A stretch of DNA of 64,000 bases, taken from NCBI GenBank assembly GCA_963811645.1, contig CAWERU010000002.1, positions 1,358,265 through 1,422,264 of the forward strand, read 5' to 3'. This DNA is from an uncultured Bacteroidota bacterium (GTDB taxonomy: Bacteria > Bacteroidota > Bacteroidia > Chitinophagales > Chitinophagaceae). The notes under the pieces are model-generated. The model did not search any database. It was not told the origin of the DNA and saw only the letters and a list, made by a program, of their open reading frames with translations. Shown in pieces: positions 8,965-19,653 of this stretch; the stretch's first letter is position 1; the number at the start of each line of letters is the position of its first letter. Made by a program: the position numbers and the translations under genes.

Positions 8965-9789
8965 ATGCAAGCTGCGAATGCGCCCGATGTCCTTATTGAA
9001 AATATAATGATTACTTCCAGATTTTTGAAGAGAGAAATTAAAATTGATTTTTTTCTTCCGGATAAAATTGCAGGGGCGGGGGAACTAAGTTTACTATTGA
9101 TTAATGATGGCCAAAGTATGGGAGAGCTCGGGTTGCAAAAAATATTAGAAGAGCTGTATAGAAGGGATCAAATCACACCCATACTTTGTGCAGGAATATA
9201 TGCAGGGCAGGAACGAAAAATGGAATATGGAACAGCTATTCAATCAGATTATCTTGGACGTGGTGCAAAAGCAGGCCTATATACTTCGTTTGTCATAAAA
9301 GAACTTCTTCCTTTAATAAACAAGAGATTCCACCAATTTCATTTTAAAGAAAAAGCATTCGCAGGATTTTCATTGGGCGGCTTGATGGCCTTTGATATTG
9401 TTTGGAATTATCCTCAGGAATTTAATCGAGTTGGCGTTTTTTCAGGGTCTTTGTGGTGGAGAAGCCTGGATCATACACATGACGAGTACGAGGATGAGCT
9501 TCATCGCATCATGCATCAGCAAATAAAAAAAGGGAAATATCACCCCGGTTTAAAATTTTTTCTGACAACAGGTTCATTTGATGAAACACATGACAGAAAC
9601 AATAATGGAATAATAGATTCTATTGACGATACGATTGCTTTGATTAATGACCTCGAATCTTTAGGATATGAGAATAAAAAAGATATTCGTTATATCAATT
9701 ATGATGACGGCAGGCATGACATTGCAACATGGGCCAGGGCGATGCCGGAATTTTTAAAATGGGGATGGGGCAAAGATCTGGCATCCTAA
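8965..9789 (+). CDS. alpha/beta-hydrolase esterase (putative esterase / enterochelin-esterase-like family)
   Basis: 274 aa. Nucleophile elbow GFSLGG, and LLINDGQ...VFSGSLWW is typical of the Fes/IroE-like 'putative esterase' family. Confidence 0.7.
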   Translation: MQAANAPDVLIENIMITSRFLKREIKIDFFLPDKIAGAGELSLLLINDGQSMGELGLQKILEELYRRDQITPILCAGIYAGQERKMEYGTAIQSDYLGRGAKAGLYTSFVIKELLPLINKRFHQFHFKEKAFAGFSLGGLMAFDIVWNYPQEFNRVGVFSGSLWWRSLDHTHDEYEDELHRIMHQQIKKGKYHPGLKFFLTTGSFDETHDRNNNGIIDSIDDTIALINDLESLGYENKKDIRYINYDDGRHDIATWARAMPEFLKWGWGKDLAS

Positions 9790-9828
9790 CTTTTTGATTT
9801 CTTACTATTCGAATAAAATTTTCCAAAT

Positions 9829-9860
9829 AAAAAAACCTCTCATTTTGAGAGGTTTTTTTA
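9829..9860. terminator. bidirectional rho-independent terminator
   Basis: AAAAAA-CCTCTCA-ttt-TGAGAGG-TTTTTTT: a 7-bp perfect stem flanked by an A-run and a T-run, lying between convergent genes (esterase + and TonB receptor -). Confidence 0.55.
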
Positions 9861-9886
9861 TTTAAATATTCAACTTATTTCAATTA

Positions 9887-12800
9887 CTAAAAGATATAAC
9901 GTAATCCAAGTTGCATACCCCAGGTATTGGATGTAGAAATTGAATTTACGAATGATTGTGTAACCGGTACCCCGTTATAAGAATTAATATAGAAAGAAGG
10001 AACACCACTGGTTACACTGGCTACTGTCAATGGGTTATTAATCGTATAGATCTTCCGGGCACCCCAGTACGGGTGTATAAGGTTTAATAAATTGTAAATA
10101 TCAGCGCTAAATTGCAAAGTGTTTCTGCGGCCGCCAATATTGGTAAAGAGGTCTTGCATAAATTTCATATCAAGCCTGTTGTACCACGGGCGGTTTGCAC
10201 CATTTCTTTCTGTTACCTGGCCCCTATGCTTACTTAAGTAAGGATCTTGTTTAATATAGTCTTCGAAAATCTGTGCTTGTTGCGCTGCCGTATAAAGTTG
10301 AGTACCATAAGTATGATCTACAAATTGTATCTCTGAAGGATCTGTTGCATCTTTCGGAATGTACATCAGGTTGGCAGAATTATAGCCCTGGTTAGTTACG
10401 CTTCCGTTATATATATAGCTATATTTACCATTAACAGCTCCTTCATAGACTAAAGTAATTGTAGTACCCAGATGTTTTGCATATTCAAAGCGGTAAGAAA
10501 CCTCGCCAACTATGCGATGAGGTACGGCATACTGAGAATATGCTAATTGAAGATCATTAAGAGTGTTTCCAGTTACATTAAAGGCATACACAGAGCTGGC
10601 TTGTGATCCGGGATTTTCTGTAAGATTTTGAGCGAACGTATAAGTATAGGCTAAGGATCCGTACCAGCCTTTTGAAAATGATTTTTCAACTTGTGTGGTG
10701 AACACAAAAGAACTTCCTTTATTATTGCTTGCTAAAACAATTGCACTTCCCGTAATAACTGAATTAATTTTCCTGGCTGAAGATGAGGAATAATGCCCTC
10801 TTGTATAGCTTCCCGTCGTTACCGTTTCATCCGGAGCTTTTTGGTTGGCATCATACATGTAAGTTGCATTAACATCTTTGGTGTACAATGCTTCTACAGT
10901 CACTTTCCAGTTTTTACCCAATTGTTTGTCCACTCCAAAATCTGTTCTCCATATCTGCGGGAATTTGTAATGAGGATCTGCTACTACAAAATCACTGGAG
11001 GGCACAGTGCCTGCCTGGGTAGGAAACTTATTAGATGGCAGGCTGCTGTTGTAAAAAGGATTGTATGCGTGAGGGTCCGGGTTGAACTTGAAATTATTCA
11101 TGTCAATACCTGCGGTTGTATTATCCACGCTGGCCGAATACTGGTACATGCCGCTATTTGTAGGAATGTTTGTTAAATACACATAGGGTATGCGTCCTGT
11201 AAACAAACCTGTCCCTCCACGGATGATAAGTGATTTATCTCCGTAAACATCCCAACGGACACTTGCCCTCGGTGAAAACAATGCAGTTGCCTTGGGCCAT
11301 TTTCCATTGTTAAAACTTGCCGGTTGACCTTTTATATTTTGGAATGTAAGCGCCGTATTAGCAGGATTTTCCAATGGTTGTTCAGGGAAGATTGGTTTAT
11401 CCATTCTTACTCCAATTGTAAATTTCAAAGTTGGGTTGACATTTATGTCATCCTGCACATATGCAGACAACTGTCCAATTTTAAGCTGTGCAGAAAACAC
11501 AGCATCCTGACCCTGTAACAAGGAATAAGTTTGTGCATATTTAAGAGGGGCGTCGTTATTTATAAAAGCATCTACGTTGGCAAAGACATAATACCCCTGT
11601 GACCCCCTCATAAACATGTTCCCTACTTTTTGGTATTCATAAGAAACACCGGCTGTTAAACTGTGTTTACCTGTATAATAGGAAACATTATCAGTGATCG
11701 TGAATACATCATTATGCACTTTATTATTATTACCATTGAAAGGCTCATTGCCCACACTGATATAATTACGTTTATCAGTAGGTGCGTCTGTTAAAATATC
11801 AATAAAGGGAAATGTAGCACCACTATGGGTTTTATCACTTCGAATTTTAGTAAAAGTTGTCAGGAATTGGTTAGAAAATTTATTGGTGAAATGGCTGTTT
11901 AACTCTACTGCACCTGAGCGAACAATATCTTCCTGCTGGTAGAGCACACTGCTAAAGCCCATTGCAGAGGGTGAGAATTTTGAACCATAAGATGCCCCGG
12001 AATAGGTACCCCCAATATTACCACTTCCTGAAGGCTGAAAATCCTGTGTTCCTTTAAAATCACTGTATTTTAAAGTCAGCTTATGTTTTGTACTAATGTT
12101 CCAGTCTATTTTTCCAAGCAGTTTGTGATTTTCATTTTTGAAAGAAGGGAAATTGTCATAAACGCCGGGGTCATAATCAAAAGTATTTTTCAAATAATCA
12201 CTTACTTTCTGCAGGTCTGCAACTGTTACAGAAGATATATTTCCGGTTCCTGAACCACCCGTTGGTGAATAAGTAATTCCGGAAGCAGGTGGTTTCTTTT
12301 CATATTCACCATTCACAAAAAAGAATAATTTGTTTTTTAGAATTGGCCCACCAATGCTGGCACCATAAATTTTACTTTTGAAATCGGGATGTGCAGCAGT
12401 GGCACCGGCTACCTTCCATCCTTCCAGGCCCTGGTTTTGCCAATATGTATAAGCAGTTCCATGGAAAGTATTTGTACCGCTTTTTGTAATGGCAGTAATA
12501 TTGCCTCCCGTAAAGTTTCCCTGTCGCACATCATAAGGTGCAAGGCTAACGGAAACTTCTTCGATAGCATCCAAAGACACAGGATTATTTCCTCCTCCTG
12601 GCAAAGGATCAGAACTTAAAGCGAAATTGTTATTCAGATTAGCTCCATCCACAGTAATATTGTTATACCGTGCATCGCGACCACCAAAATTATTGCCATT
12701 CGCCTGTGGTGTGGATTTTGTAAAGTCTGTAATGCTTCGTGAAATAGTAGGAATGGTATTAAGCAACCGGCTGTTGATTACGGTACTCATACCCTGGTTT

Positions 12801-13186
12801 TCTGAACCTGCCTTTCTGGATTTTGTAGCTACAATCACATTTTCCATTACCTGCTCGCTTATGTTTAACTGGGCAGTAATGTTGTAGGGTTCTCCTAAAA
12901 GAAGGGTGATATTGTCAAAGATCGCTGACTTCAATCCTACATAATCAATTTTGACCTGGTAAGGACCGCCGACGCGAAGCCCCTGCAGATTAAACACACC
13001 ATCTTTTGACGAAATAGTTGAATAAACAGTTCCGGATGGTAAATGGGTGGCAGTAACAGTAGCTCCAGCCAAAAATTGGCCGGTATTGTCCTTTATCGTA
13101 CCTGTTATACTACTGGTAGTAACCTGCGAAAACGAAAAAATGCTTGCTGTAATCGCAAGAAGCAGAATAGTTAATCTCTTAAGCAT
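9887..13186 (-). CDS. TonB-dependent outer-membrane receptor with N-terminal carboxypeptidase-regulatory-like domain
   Basis: 1099 aa. Signal peptide, then a CarboxypepD_reg-like segment (ITGTIKDNTGQFLAGATVTATHLPSG...DGVFNL), a plug/barrel-sized remainder and a terminal aromatic residue (LGLRYIF). No adjacent SusD-like gene. Confidence 0.85.
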   Translation of the reverse strand: MLKRLTILLLAITASIFSFSQVTTSSITGTIKDNTGQFLAGATVTATHLPSGTVYSTISSKDGVFNLQGLRVGGPYQVKIDYVGLKSAIFDNITLLLGEPYNITAQLNISEQVMENVIVATKSRKAGSENQGMSTVINSRLLNTIPTISRSITDFTKSTPQANGNNFGGRDARYNNITVDGANLNNNFALSSDPLPGGGNNPVSLDAIEEVSVSLAPYDVRQGNFTGGNITAITKSGTNTFHGTAYTYWQNQGLEGWKVAGATAAHPDFKSKIYGASIGGPILKNKLFFFVNGEYEKKPPASGITYSPTGGSGTGNISSVTVADLQKVSDYLKNTFDYDPGVYDNFPSFKNENHKLLGKIDWNISTKHKLTLKYSDFKGTQDFQPSGSGNIGGTYSGASYGSKFSPSAMGFSSVLYQQEDIVRSGAVELNSHFTNKFSNQFLTTFTKIRSDKTHSGATFPFIDILTDAPTDKRNYISVGNEPFNGNNNKVHNDVFTITDNVSYYTGKHSLTAGVSYEYQKVGNMFMRGSQGYYVFANVDAFINNDAPLKYAQTYSLLQGQDAVFSAQLKIGQLSAYVQDDINVNPTLKFTIGVRMDKPIFPEQPLENPANTALTFQNIKGQPASFNNGKWPKATALFSPRASVRWDVYGDKSLIIRGGTGLFTGRIPYVYLTNIPTNSGMYQYSASVDNTTAGIDMNNFKFNPDPHAYNPFYNSSLPSNKFPTQAGTVPSSDFVVADPHYKFPQIWRTDFGVDKQLGKNWKVTVEALYTKDVNATYMYDANQKAPDETVTTGSYTRGHYSSSSARKINSVITGSAIVLASNNKGSSFVFTTQVEKSFSKGWYGSLAYTYTFAQNLTENPGSQASSVYAFNVTGNTLNDLQLAYSQYAVPHRIVGEVSYRFEYAKHLGTTITLVYEGAVNGKYSYIYNGSVTNQGYNSANLMYIPKDATDPSEIQFVDHTYGTQLYTAAQQAQIFEDYIKQDPYLSKHRGQVTERNGANRPWYNRLDMKFMQDLFTNIGGRRNTLQFSADIYNLLNLIHPYWGARKIYTINNPLTVASVTSGVPSFYINSYNGVPVTQSFVNSISTSNTWGMQLGLRYIF

Positions 13187-13416
13187 ATAGTTTAATTATT
13201 AGTTTCCGGTGCAAAGAAAAGGAATATTCCAAAACAACAATGTCCAAGTGGTAACAAATTTGTTGCTGAAAGATAAACATTTACAAAGACAACAAAAATT
13301 GCGGCAAGCTGCCTTATTCAATGTTACTTTTTTGTTACGTGCTCTTTTTATTATTCCTTTTGGTGGCTTCCTTTTTTGATATTTACCCGATATTCTACCT
13401 TTGTAAAAAATTATAT

Positions 13417-14622
13417 ATGCTCGATTTAGTTGAAGCTGCCATTGAAGATATTAAAGCCGGCAAACTGGTAATTGTGGTTGATGATGAGGATAGGGAGGAT
13501 GAAGGTGATTTTATTACTGCTGCACACAATATAACACCTGATGTTATCAATTTTATGACAAAACAGGGCCGCGGTTTAATTTGTGTACCATTACTTGAAG
13601 AGCGATGTAATGAATTAAGATTAGAGTTGATGGTAAATAATAATACAGCTCTTCATGAAACGGCTTTCACAGTATCAGTTGACCTGCTGGGGCATGGTTG
13701 TACCACAGGAATTTCGGCTCATGACAGAGCTAAAACCATAAAAGCTTTAATTGACCCGGTGCTGAAACCTGAAGATTTAGGACGACCCGGTCATGTTTTT
13801 CCTTTGAGAGCCAAAAAAGGCGGTGTATTAAGAAGGGCAGGCCATACTGAAGCAGCTATCGACCTGGCCCGCCTTGCAGGTTTTGAACCTGCTGGTGTCC
13901 TCGTAGAAATCATGAATGACGATGGCTCGATGGCAAGGTTACCACAATTAAGAAAAGTAGCAGAAAAATTTGATTTTAAATTAATATCAATTAGAGATCT
14001 TATTGAGTATCGGCTTAAAAAAGATTCATTGATTGAAGAAATTGTGAAAGTAGATATGCCGACAAAGTATGGTCATTTTAAATTAATTGCTTTCCAGGAA
14101 AAAAATACATCAAATGAACATCTTGCTTTGGTGAAAGGAGAATGGCAAAAAGATGAACCTCTGTTAGTTCGTGTACACTCATCATGTTTTACGGGTGATA
14201 TACTTGGATCACTTCGTTGTGATTGTGGTGATCAATTGCATTCTGCAATGCAAATGGTAGAAAAAGAAGGGAAGGGCACCATACTTTATATGAATCAGGA
14301 AGGCCGCGGTATCGGTCTGCTGAATAAATTAAAAGCATATCGCTTGCAGGAAGAAGGAATGGATACTGTGGAGGCTAACCTTCATTTAGGTTTTCAAATG
14401 GATCAGCGGGATTACGGAGTAGGAGCGCAAATACTCCGCTATCTTGGAATTACAAAACTCCGGCTCATTAGCAACAATCCAAAAAAACGTGTAGGTCTTA
14501 TTGGTTATGGTTTGGAAATAGTAGAAAATGTTCCAATAGAAATTCATCCTAATCAATACAATGAAAAATATTTGCAAACAAAGAGAGACAAGCTTGGGCA
14601 TGAGATACTAGATGATGAATAA
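13417..14622 (+). CDS. ribBA: bifunctional 3,4-dihydroxy-2-butanone-4-phosphate synthase / GTP cyclohydrolase II
   Basis: RibB signature ([19 protein letters not shown]) in the N-terminal half and RibA zinc motif (CDCGDQL) in the C-terminal half. The start is set at MLDLVEAAI, because the ORF-track extension to 13321 is a hydrophobic non-RibB sequence. Confidence 0.9.
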   Translation: MLDLVEAAIEDIKAGKLVIVVDDEDREDEGDFITAAHNITPDVINFMTKQGRGLICVPLLEERCNELRLELMVNNNTALHETAFTVSVDLLGHGCTTGISAHDRAKTIKALIDPVLKPEDLGRPGHVFPLRAKKGGVLRRAGHTEAAIDLARLAGFEPAGVLVEIMNDDGSMARLPQLRKVAEKFDFKLISIRDLIEYRLKKDSLIEEIVKVDMPTKYGHFKLIAFQEKNTSNEHLALVKGEWQKDEPLLVRVHSSCFTGDILGSLRCDCGDQLHSAMQMVEKEGKGTILYMNQEGRGIGLLNKLKAYRLQEEGMDTVEANLHLGFQMDQRDYGVGAQILRYLGITKLRLISNNPKKRVGLIGYGLEIVENVPIEIHPNQYNEKYLQTKRDKLGHEILDDE

Positions 14623-14655
14623 ATGAAGCAAAAGCCAGAAATATAAAATTTCGAA

Positions 14656-17600
14656 TTATTCCTGCTGATTTGAACTCTTTTGCTCCTGTTGTGACTGGTC
14701 TGTTGTTGTATCAGAGGTAGGAATGCTGGTAGTATTTTGTTTTTTTCTTTCTTTCTTTTTGCGAAATAATTCGCCAAGATGATTAAATTCTCTCCGGTAA
14801 GCCAGACCTGCCCCGATTCTTTTATTTTTATTCGGAGTTGAAGTAGAACCCGGTTCAAAATCTAAGTTTTGACGATAAAAAAAGGTAGCACGAATAGTTC
14901 CTTTTTCATTGATGAGCCACTCAGTTGTTACATCGGGTAAAAACTGAAGTTTTTGTTCATACGTCGTTTGATTATTCTGAAATGGAATATCAAGAGTGCT
15001 TCCTGCAGTAATTACAATCCGATCATTAAAAATAGCACGGCTCAAAGTAAGATTTACGTTGCCCGTATTAATATTAAAATTATTGCTGCTGGTTGTATTT
15101 ATCAAATTGCGGTTATAAACAGAACCAGTAAGATTTACTTTCAATTTATCATCCTTAAATATTTGTGCAAGGATATTACTGAATTGTTTATTCAATTCAT
15201 TAAACAATAAACTACTGATAGTATTGTAAGCAAGCTCATTGATTGCATTTCCAAAACCGCCGGAGTTTGTTGTTGAAGCATTTGAACCCGAAGTGCCCGG
15301 GCCACCCACGGGAGCAAAACTGTTGAACACGATAAGATACGTAACCTGTTTATTTAACTCGTTGGGATTATTTTCGATTTGCTGAATATTATATGGAAGG
15401 ATTGGATCGTTTGTAGCAATACTGCTTGGTGGAAATTCAAGCTTGAAACTAAAATTGGGTTTAAACAATTCGCCGGACATTGTTACGATTACGTACACAT
15501 TGTCACGAAGAGTTTGTATTCTTGAATCATTTATAAAACTTGCCAGGGGAGCAAAACTTACATTTTCTGCAGTATACTGAGCATCAAAATGAATAGTAGC
15601 CTTGTCAGGATCACCGTTCCATTTTATGTAATTATTGCCCCCTTTTCTTAATTCGAATGGGCGCTTGAAAAATGATTGAAAAGTAAAAAGATAACTTCCG
15701 TCCTCAATATCAATGTTGCCATTGAGAGTGAGAGGTTCACCCGTGGCACTATGAATATTTAATGAACCACGTCCCCTGCCTTTTACCACATCACCAGTCA
15801 CTTCATCAAGTATTACTTCAATGGTAGTATGTGGATCAGCAGTTAAATCAATGTCAAAAGTCATTTTATGAGTTGAAGCAACAGCCAGGGTATCTTTTAA
15901 TGTATGACCATGAGTTCGTTCTACCAGGAAGTCTGATAACCCGGAAGCCTTGCTTTTTTCAGGGGGGATTACAATATGAGAACTGTCTTTTTCTGATGAT
16001 TTTGCATCAATTGTCATATACATATCGTTCTCAGAACCTACCACGATCATAGAACCGGTTCCAACTGCATGACCATAAAAGCTGTTATTATCTGCTTCGG
16101 TTGTATTCAATAATGTCATAGGTTTATTATCCACTTTTGCGTCCAGATCGAAGTTCATATTCTTCCAGGAATCATGATAAATACTTCCCGAAAGAGTGGC
16201 GGTACCATTTGTAAGTGTATCGATCAATTTTATTGAACCTAAATTCAACTCATGTTCCATCAGTTCTATGTCAGTGTCCTTAAGCTTATAGAATACCTGG
16301 GTAAACTTTAATTTCAATCCGGCATCATGCAGATGAGCTTTTCCAACAAAATCAAGGGCATTAAAATTCCCTTTTATGTCCACCTTTCCTGTCGCATATC
16401 CCCGAATGTCAGAAAATAGATCGCCCAGGAAACTTTCAAGAAACTTAAGCTGGTATTCTTTTGTTTCCACAGCAATGAGATTGTCGTTATGATCTCCGGA
16501 TAAATAAATGTTTGCTGTAGCATGAACAACATGCACAGGGTCGGGGTTTGCAACTATAAATTTTAAATTGCCATCTTTTTGATTATCGTAGCTGATATTA
16601 TGAATACTTAATTCTCCGATAGAATCTTCGTTGTATCTGAAGAATTGAACATTTAAATTTCCGTCTGCAGTCATTTTAGGACCCGGATTTTCAATTTTTG
16701 CAGAACCTGATACCAGGCCTTCAAACCTGTCTTTGCTGATATAAGGAGATATATCCCCAATATTTACATTGGCAAGATCGATAAGCAGATCATTCCAGTT
16801 GCCTATATCTGAGGGCACTGTTCGTAATTTTATCTGTTGATTACTTTCGTGAAGAACTACTTCACCGTTTGCATTAGTATTTCTTCTGAAACTTAATTCG
16901 CCGCCTTTATCAATTGTCCATGTTTTAGAATTCAAAACAAATGAAGAAGTGTCAAAATTAATTTTTACTCCATCATCATAAGTGATCACATTCGCATTCA
17001 AACTGGCTTTACTGACTGCCTGGTTAGCTGATGCCGACATTCTGATCCTGGATGAATCGTTTTGTGCGAGTATACTAAAATTAGCATTGGGCAAACTAAT
17101 GCTGTCATTCACGATCACATTCTGAATATTTCCATTCAGGTTTAATTGCGTCAATGTTCCATTGGCCCTGATATTTGTATTATTAAAGTTGTATTGATTA
17201 TCATAAGTAAACTGTGGTATTTCTGCCGTAAGCTGAAGTTGATTTTGTGCAAGATCAAGAGATCCTTCTATTTTACTATCATTAAATCCTCTTAAACTTT
17301 TATCAATTAGCTGCATAAGGGTGTCTACGTTCCGGGTTCTTAAGCTGAATTTGAAATTCTGATGAGTAATTACTTCAGAAGGAGCCTGAATGTAGGCGGG
17401 ATAATATTTATTCAGGAATAATTGAATGGCATGGGGTAAATCATCAATATGGAAATCACCTGTGATAGTACCATCAAATTCATTTGAACTGACTGTGAGT
17501 GTTCTGATACCATTTGCGTAATCAGAGTATAAAACCAATGAATCAAAAGAAAGTCTTTGGTTATTCCTGGCAAGATTTGCTGTAGTGATTTTTGCACTAC

Positions 17601-19605
17601 CCAAAAAGTTGTCAATATTATTCCCGGTAAAATTCAAATTAAATTTTCCATTGAAATTGATCTCATCTTCCGTTAGCTGCAATGCATTCAGGTTTGCTGT
17701 TTGCACATCTGCGACCAGGTCAAACTTTGATTTGGCGCCATTGATATTTATCAAACCATTCAGAGTAGCCTGCAGGTTCGAGTCATTTACAGAAGCATAC
17801 CCATTAAACAATTGCTTTTTTAATGTTCCATTGGCAATAACATTATGATACTTGTACCCGTTAAAGTCAAACTCACTTATAGTTGCTTTTAAATCTGCAT
17901 CAAGTGTGTTTGCAGTAGAGCCATGCCCTTTTACAACGCCTGAAAAAGAAATAATACCAACCTGGGAATTATGAATAAATCGCCCTAATTGAAAATCTTT
18001 AGTTGCAATGTTTCCGGAGTATATTGGTTCTTTATGCAACGGTAATTTCATATTCAGGTCACTCTTAATGGTACCAAGATTGGTATGAATGGTTCCGAAA
18101 GTGACAAAGTCATGCATAAAACCAGTGAAGCTTCCAATGAAATGAATATAACCAAGACTTGCAAGATCGGGATTCGTAATTCCTTTAATGGAAGGCACAA
18201 ATCTTACTACGTCATTATAGGTTGTCCTTGTATCATTAGATTTAAAATCGATAAAAGTTTGATTAATATCCGGCAGACCTGATAATGTTATATCCCCGTT
18301 TACATAGGTGTTATTGCCTGCATTTATCACCAAATTTCTTCCCAGCAAATCTGCAATCGTTCCTTTTACGGTACCTGAAATACTGATATTTTTTTTCCAT
18401 GTGTTTAATCCGGGTGCGAAATAAGCAATATCATCACTATTTAATTGTGAGTTATCAAAATCGGCCCGCATACGAACATTATGAATAAAATCAGCCATAT
18501 CACTCATATCATCATAGCTCATCGAAAAATAATTTCTTATTGTACTATTATTGGTTTTGAGATCGAGATCACTAAAAAACATTCCTGTCGGGTTGATCTT
18601 CACATCAGAGTTTAGCGATTTTACAGAAAATCCACTTCGCTCTTCAGTGCGCAGATCATTCACTCTTGCGGAGAAAGTATCCTTGTTTAGCTTGAGATTA
18701 TTGAGTTTGCCGCTGATAGATGAAAACTCCATATCGTTCGGATCGAAATAAGAAACTAGAGGTTGATCACTTTGTTTTATGTTTTTAAAACTGCCATTGT
18801 CAATTTTAAGTAAAGCAATATTCATTGTCCAGCCAGCCTGGTTCCATTTCAGCAAAGAATCCACTGACGCAGGAGAATTAATAGTGGCCGCGTCCTTTTG
18901 TTGCGGAGGATTTTCTTTTCCAGCATAAGTATATAAGCTAAATAAAGGCTTGGTTAAGTACAAAGAAGCTATGTCAATATTTTTTTTATCCGGATTTATT
19001 TCACGTGCATTAAGCTGCAAATCGCCAACACCTGCAATGATATCCTGGCCTGTCCATTCATCTTTTTGAGTTAACACTACATTTTTTAATGACAATCTTT
19101 TTAAATCGAATTCAACCCCTGATTTGCTATTATTTTCTCCTTTTGAAGAAGGCGTAAAATAATCTACAATAAATTGGTAATTCCATACACTATCTTTTCT
19201 TTGAAGTTTAACAATAGAATTTTCCAGCCCTACATATTTAAGCTCAGTCTTATTTTTAAAAATAAACCAGTCTGTAATTCTGACCTGGAGTTTGCCTGCA
19301 TAAAGAAGAGTATCATTTTGCTGATCTTTCAACAAAAGACCTTCGAGATTGAATTTATTGAGTAATGAAAAGCTTATATGGTCGAAGCTGATTTTTGTAT
19401 TTAATTTACGGGAAAAATTTTGCGTAATCTTTTTTGCAAGCCAGTTTTGTCCAAAGGGCGTTTCAATAAAAATAAAAACTGCCAATATCAGCAAAAGAAT
19501 TACCAGCGTAAACCTCCACAATATTTTTAGGAATTTCTTCAGGGTCAGGCAATTAAATAAGTGCAAAAATAGACAATCGACGACTCTACGCAAATACAAT
19601 ACCAA
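14656..19605 (-). CDS. TamB-like / AsmA-family translocation and assembly module protein (DUF490 giant envelope protein)
   Basis: 1649 aa. N-terminal membrane anchor (LVILLLILAVFIFIETPFGQNWLAKKI), a long beta-rich repetitive body and a C-terminal DUF490-like region. The exact start is uncertain. Confidence 0.75.
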   Translation of the reverse strand: MVLYLRRVVDCLFLHLFNCLTLKKFLKILWRFTLVILLLILAVFIFIETPFGQNWLAKKITQNFSRKLNTKISFDHISFSLLNKFNLEGLLLKDQQNDTLLYAGKLQVRITDWFIFKNKTELKYVGLENSIVKLQRKDSVWNYQFIVDYFTPSSKGENNSKSGVEFDLKRLSLKNVVLTQKDEWTGQDIIAGVGDLQLNAREINPDKKNIDIASLYLTKPLFSLYTYAGKENPPQQKDAATINSPASVDSLLKWNQAGWTMNIALLKIDNGSFKNIKQSDQPLVSYFDPNDMEFSSISGKLNNLKLNKDTFSARVNDLRTEERSGFSVKSLNSDVKINPTGMFFSDLDLKTNNSTIRNYFSMSYDDMSDMADFIHNVRMRADFDNSQLNSDDIAYFAPGLNTWKKNISISGTVKGTIADLLGRNLVINAGNNTYVNGDITLSGLPDINQTFIDFKSNDTRTTYNDVVRFVPSIKGITNPDLASLGYIHFIGSFTGFMHDFVTFGTIHTNLGTIKSDLNMKLPLHKEPIYSGNIATKDFQLGRFIHNSQVGIISFSGVVKGHGSTANTLDADLKATISEFDFNGYKYHNVIANGTLKKQLFNGYASVNDSNLQATLNGLININGAKSKFDLVADVQTANLNALQLTEDEINFNGKFNLNFTGNNIDNFLGSAKITTANLARNNQRLSFDSLVLYSDYANGIRTLTVSSNEFDGTITGDFHIDDLPHAIQLFLNKYYPAYIQAPSEVITHQNFKFSLRTRNVDTLMQLIDKSLRGFNDSKIEGSLDLAQNQLQLTAEIPQFTYDNQYNFNNTNIRANGTLTQLNLNGNIQNVIVNDSISLPNANFSILAQNDSSRIRMSASANQAVSKASLNANVITYDDGVKINFDTSSFVLNSKTWTIDKGGELSFRRNTNANGEVVLHESNQQIKLRTVPSDIGNWNDLLIDLANVNIGDISPYISKDRFEGLVSGSAKIENPGPKMTADGNLNVQFFRYNEDSIGELSIHNISYDNQKDGNLKFIVANPDPVHVVHATANIYLSGDHNDNLIAVETKEYQLKFLESFLGDLFSDIRGYATGKVDIKGNFNALDFVGKAHLHDAGLKLKFTQVFYKLKDTDIELMEHELNLGSIKLIDTLTNGTATLSGSIYHDSWKNMNFDLDAKVDNKPMTLLNTTEADNNSFYGHAVGTGSMIVVGSENDMYMTIDAKSSEKDSSHIVIPPEKSKASGLSDFLVERTHGHTLKDTLAVASTHKMTFDIDLTADPHTTIEVILDEVTGDVVKGRGRGSLNIHSATGEPLTLNGNIDIEDGSYLFTFQSFFKRPFELRKGGNNYIKWNGDPDKATIHFDAQYTAENVSFAPLASFINDSRIQTLRDNVYVIVTMSGELFKPNFSFKLEFPPSSIATNDPILPYNIQQIENNPNELNKQVTYLIVFNSFAPVGGPGTSGSNASTTNSGGFGNAINELAYNTISSLLFNELNKQFSNILAQIFKDDKLKVNLTGSVYNRNLINTTSSNNFNINTGNVNLTLSRAIFNDRIVITAGSTLDIPFQNNQTTYEQKLQFLPDVTTEWLINEKGTIRATFFYRQNLDFEPGSTSTPNKNKRIGAGLAYRREFNHLGELFRKKKERKKQNTTSIPTSDTTTDQSQQEQKSSNQQE

Positions 19606-19653
19606 GCCTTTACATATAACGCAACTTTAATTATTTTATGAAAAGAAAAGTGG

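Noticed and set aside
10793-12887. Plus-strand ORFs inside the minus-strand TonB receptor gene, and similar nested ORFs inside the TamB-like gene, PPDK, flotillin, the M14 peptidase, the PIG-L gene and the prolyl oligopeptidase
   Set aside because: All are shadow ORFs overlapping well-supported long genes on the opposite strand or in another frame. None has recognisable motifs.
13321-13416. N-terminal extensions given by the ORF track (ribBA from 13321; Gfo/Idh/MocA from 1819; manA from 41737; USP from 56413; DUF1684 from 52956)
   Set aside because: The extra residues are hydrophobic or non-conserved. They precede clear signal peptides or conserved N-termini, or would overlap neighbouring genes, so internal starts are more plausible.
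13187-13416. FMN riboswitch upstream of ribBA
   Set aside because: No conserved RFN sequence blocks are visible by eye. I kept it as a finding to be checked with a covariance model rather than annotating it as a feature.
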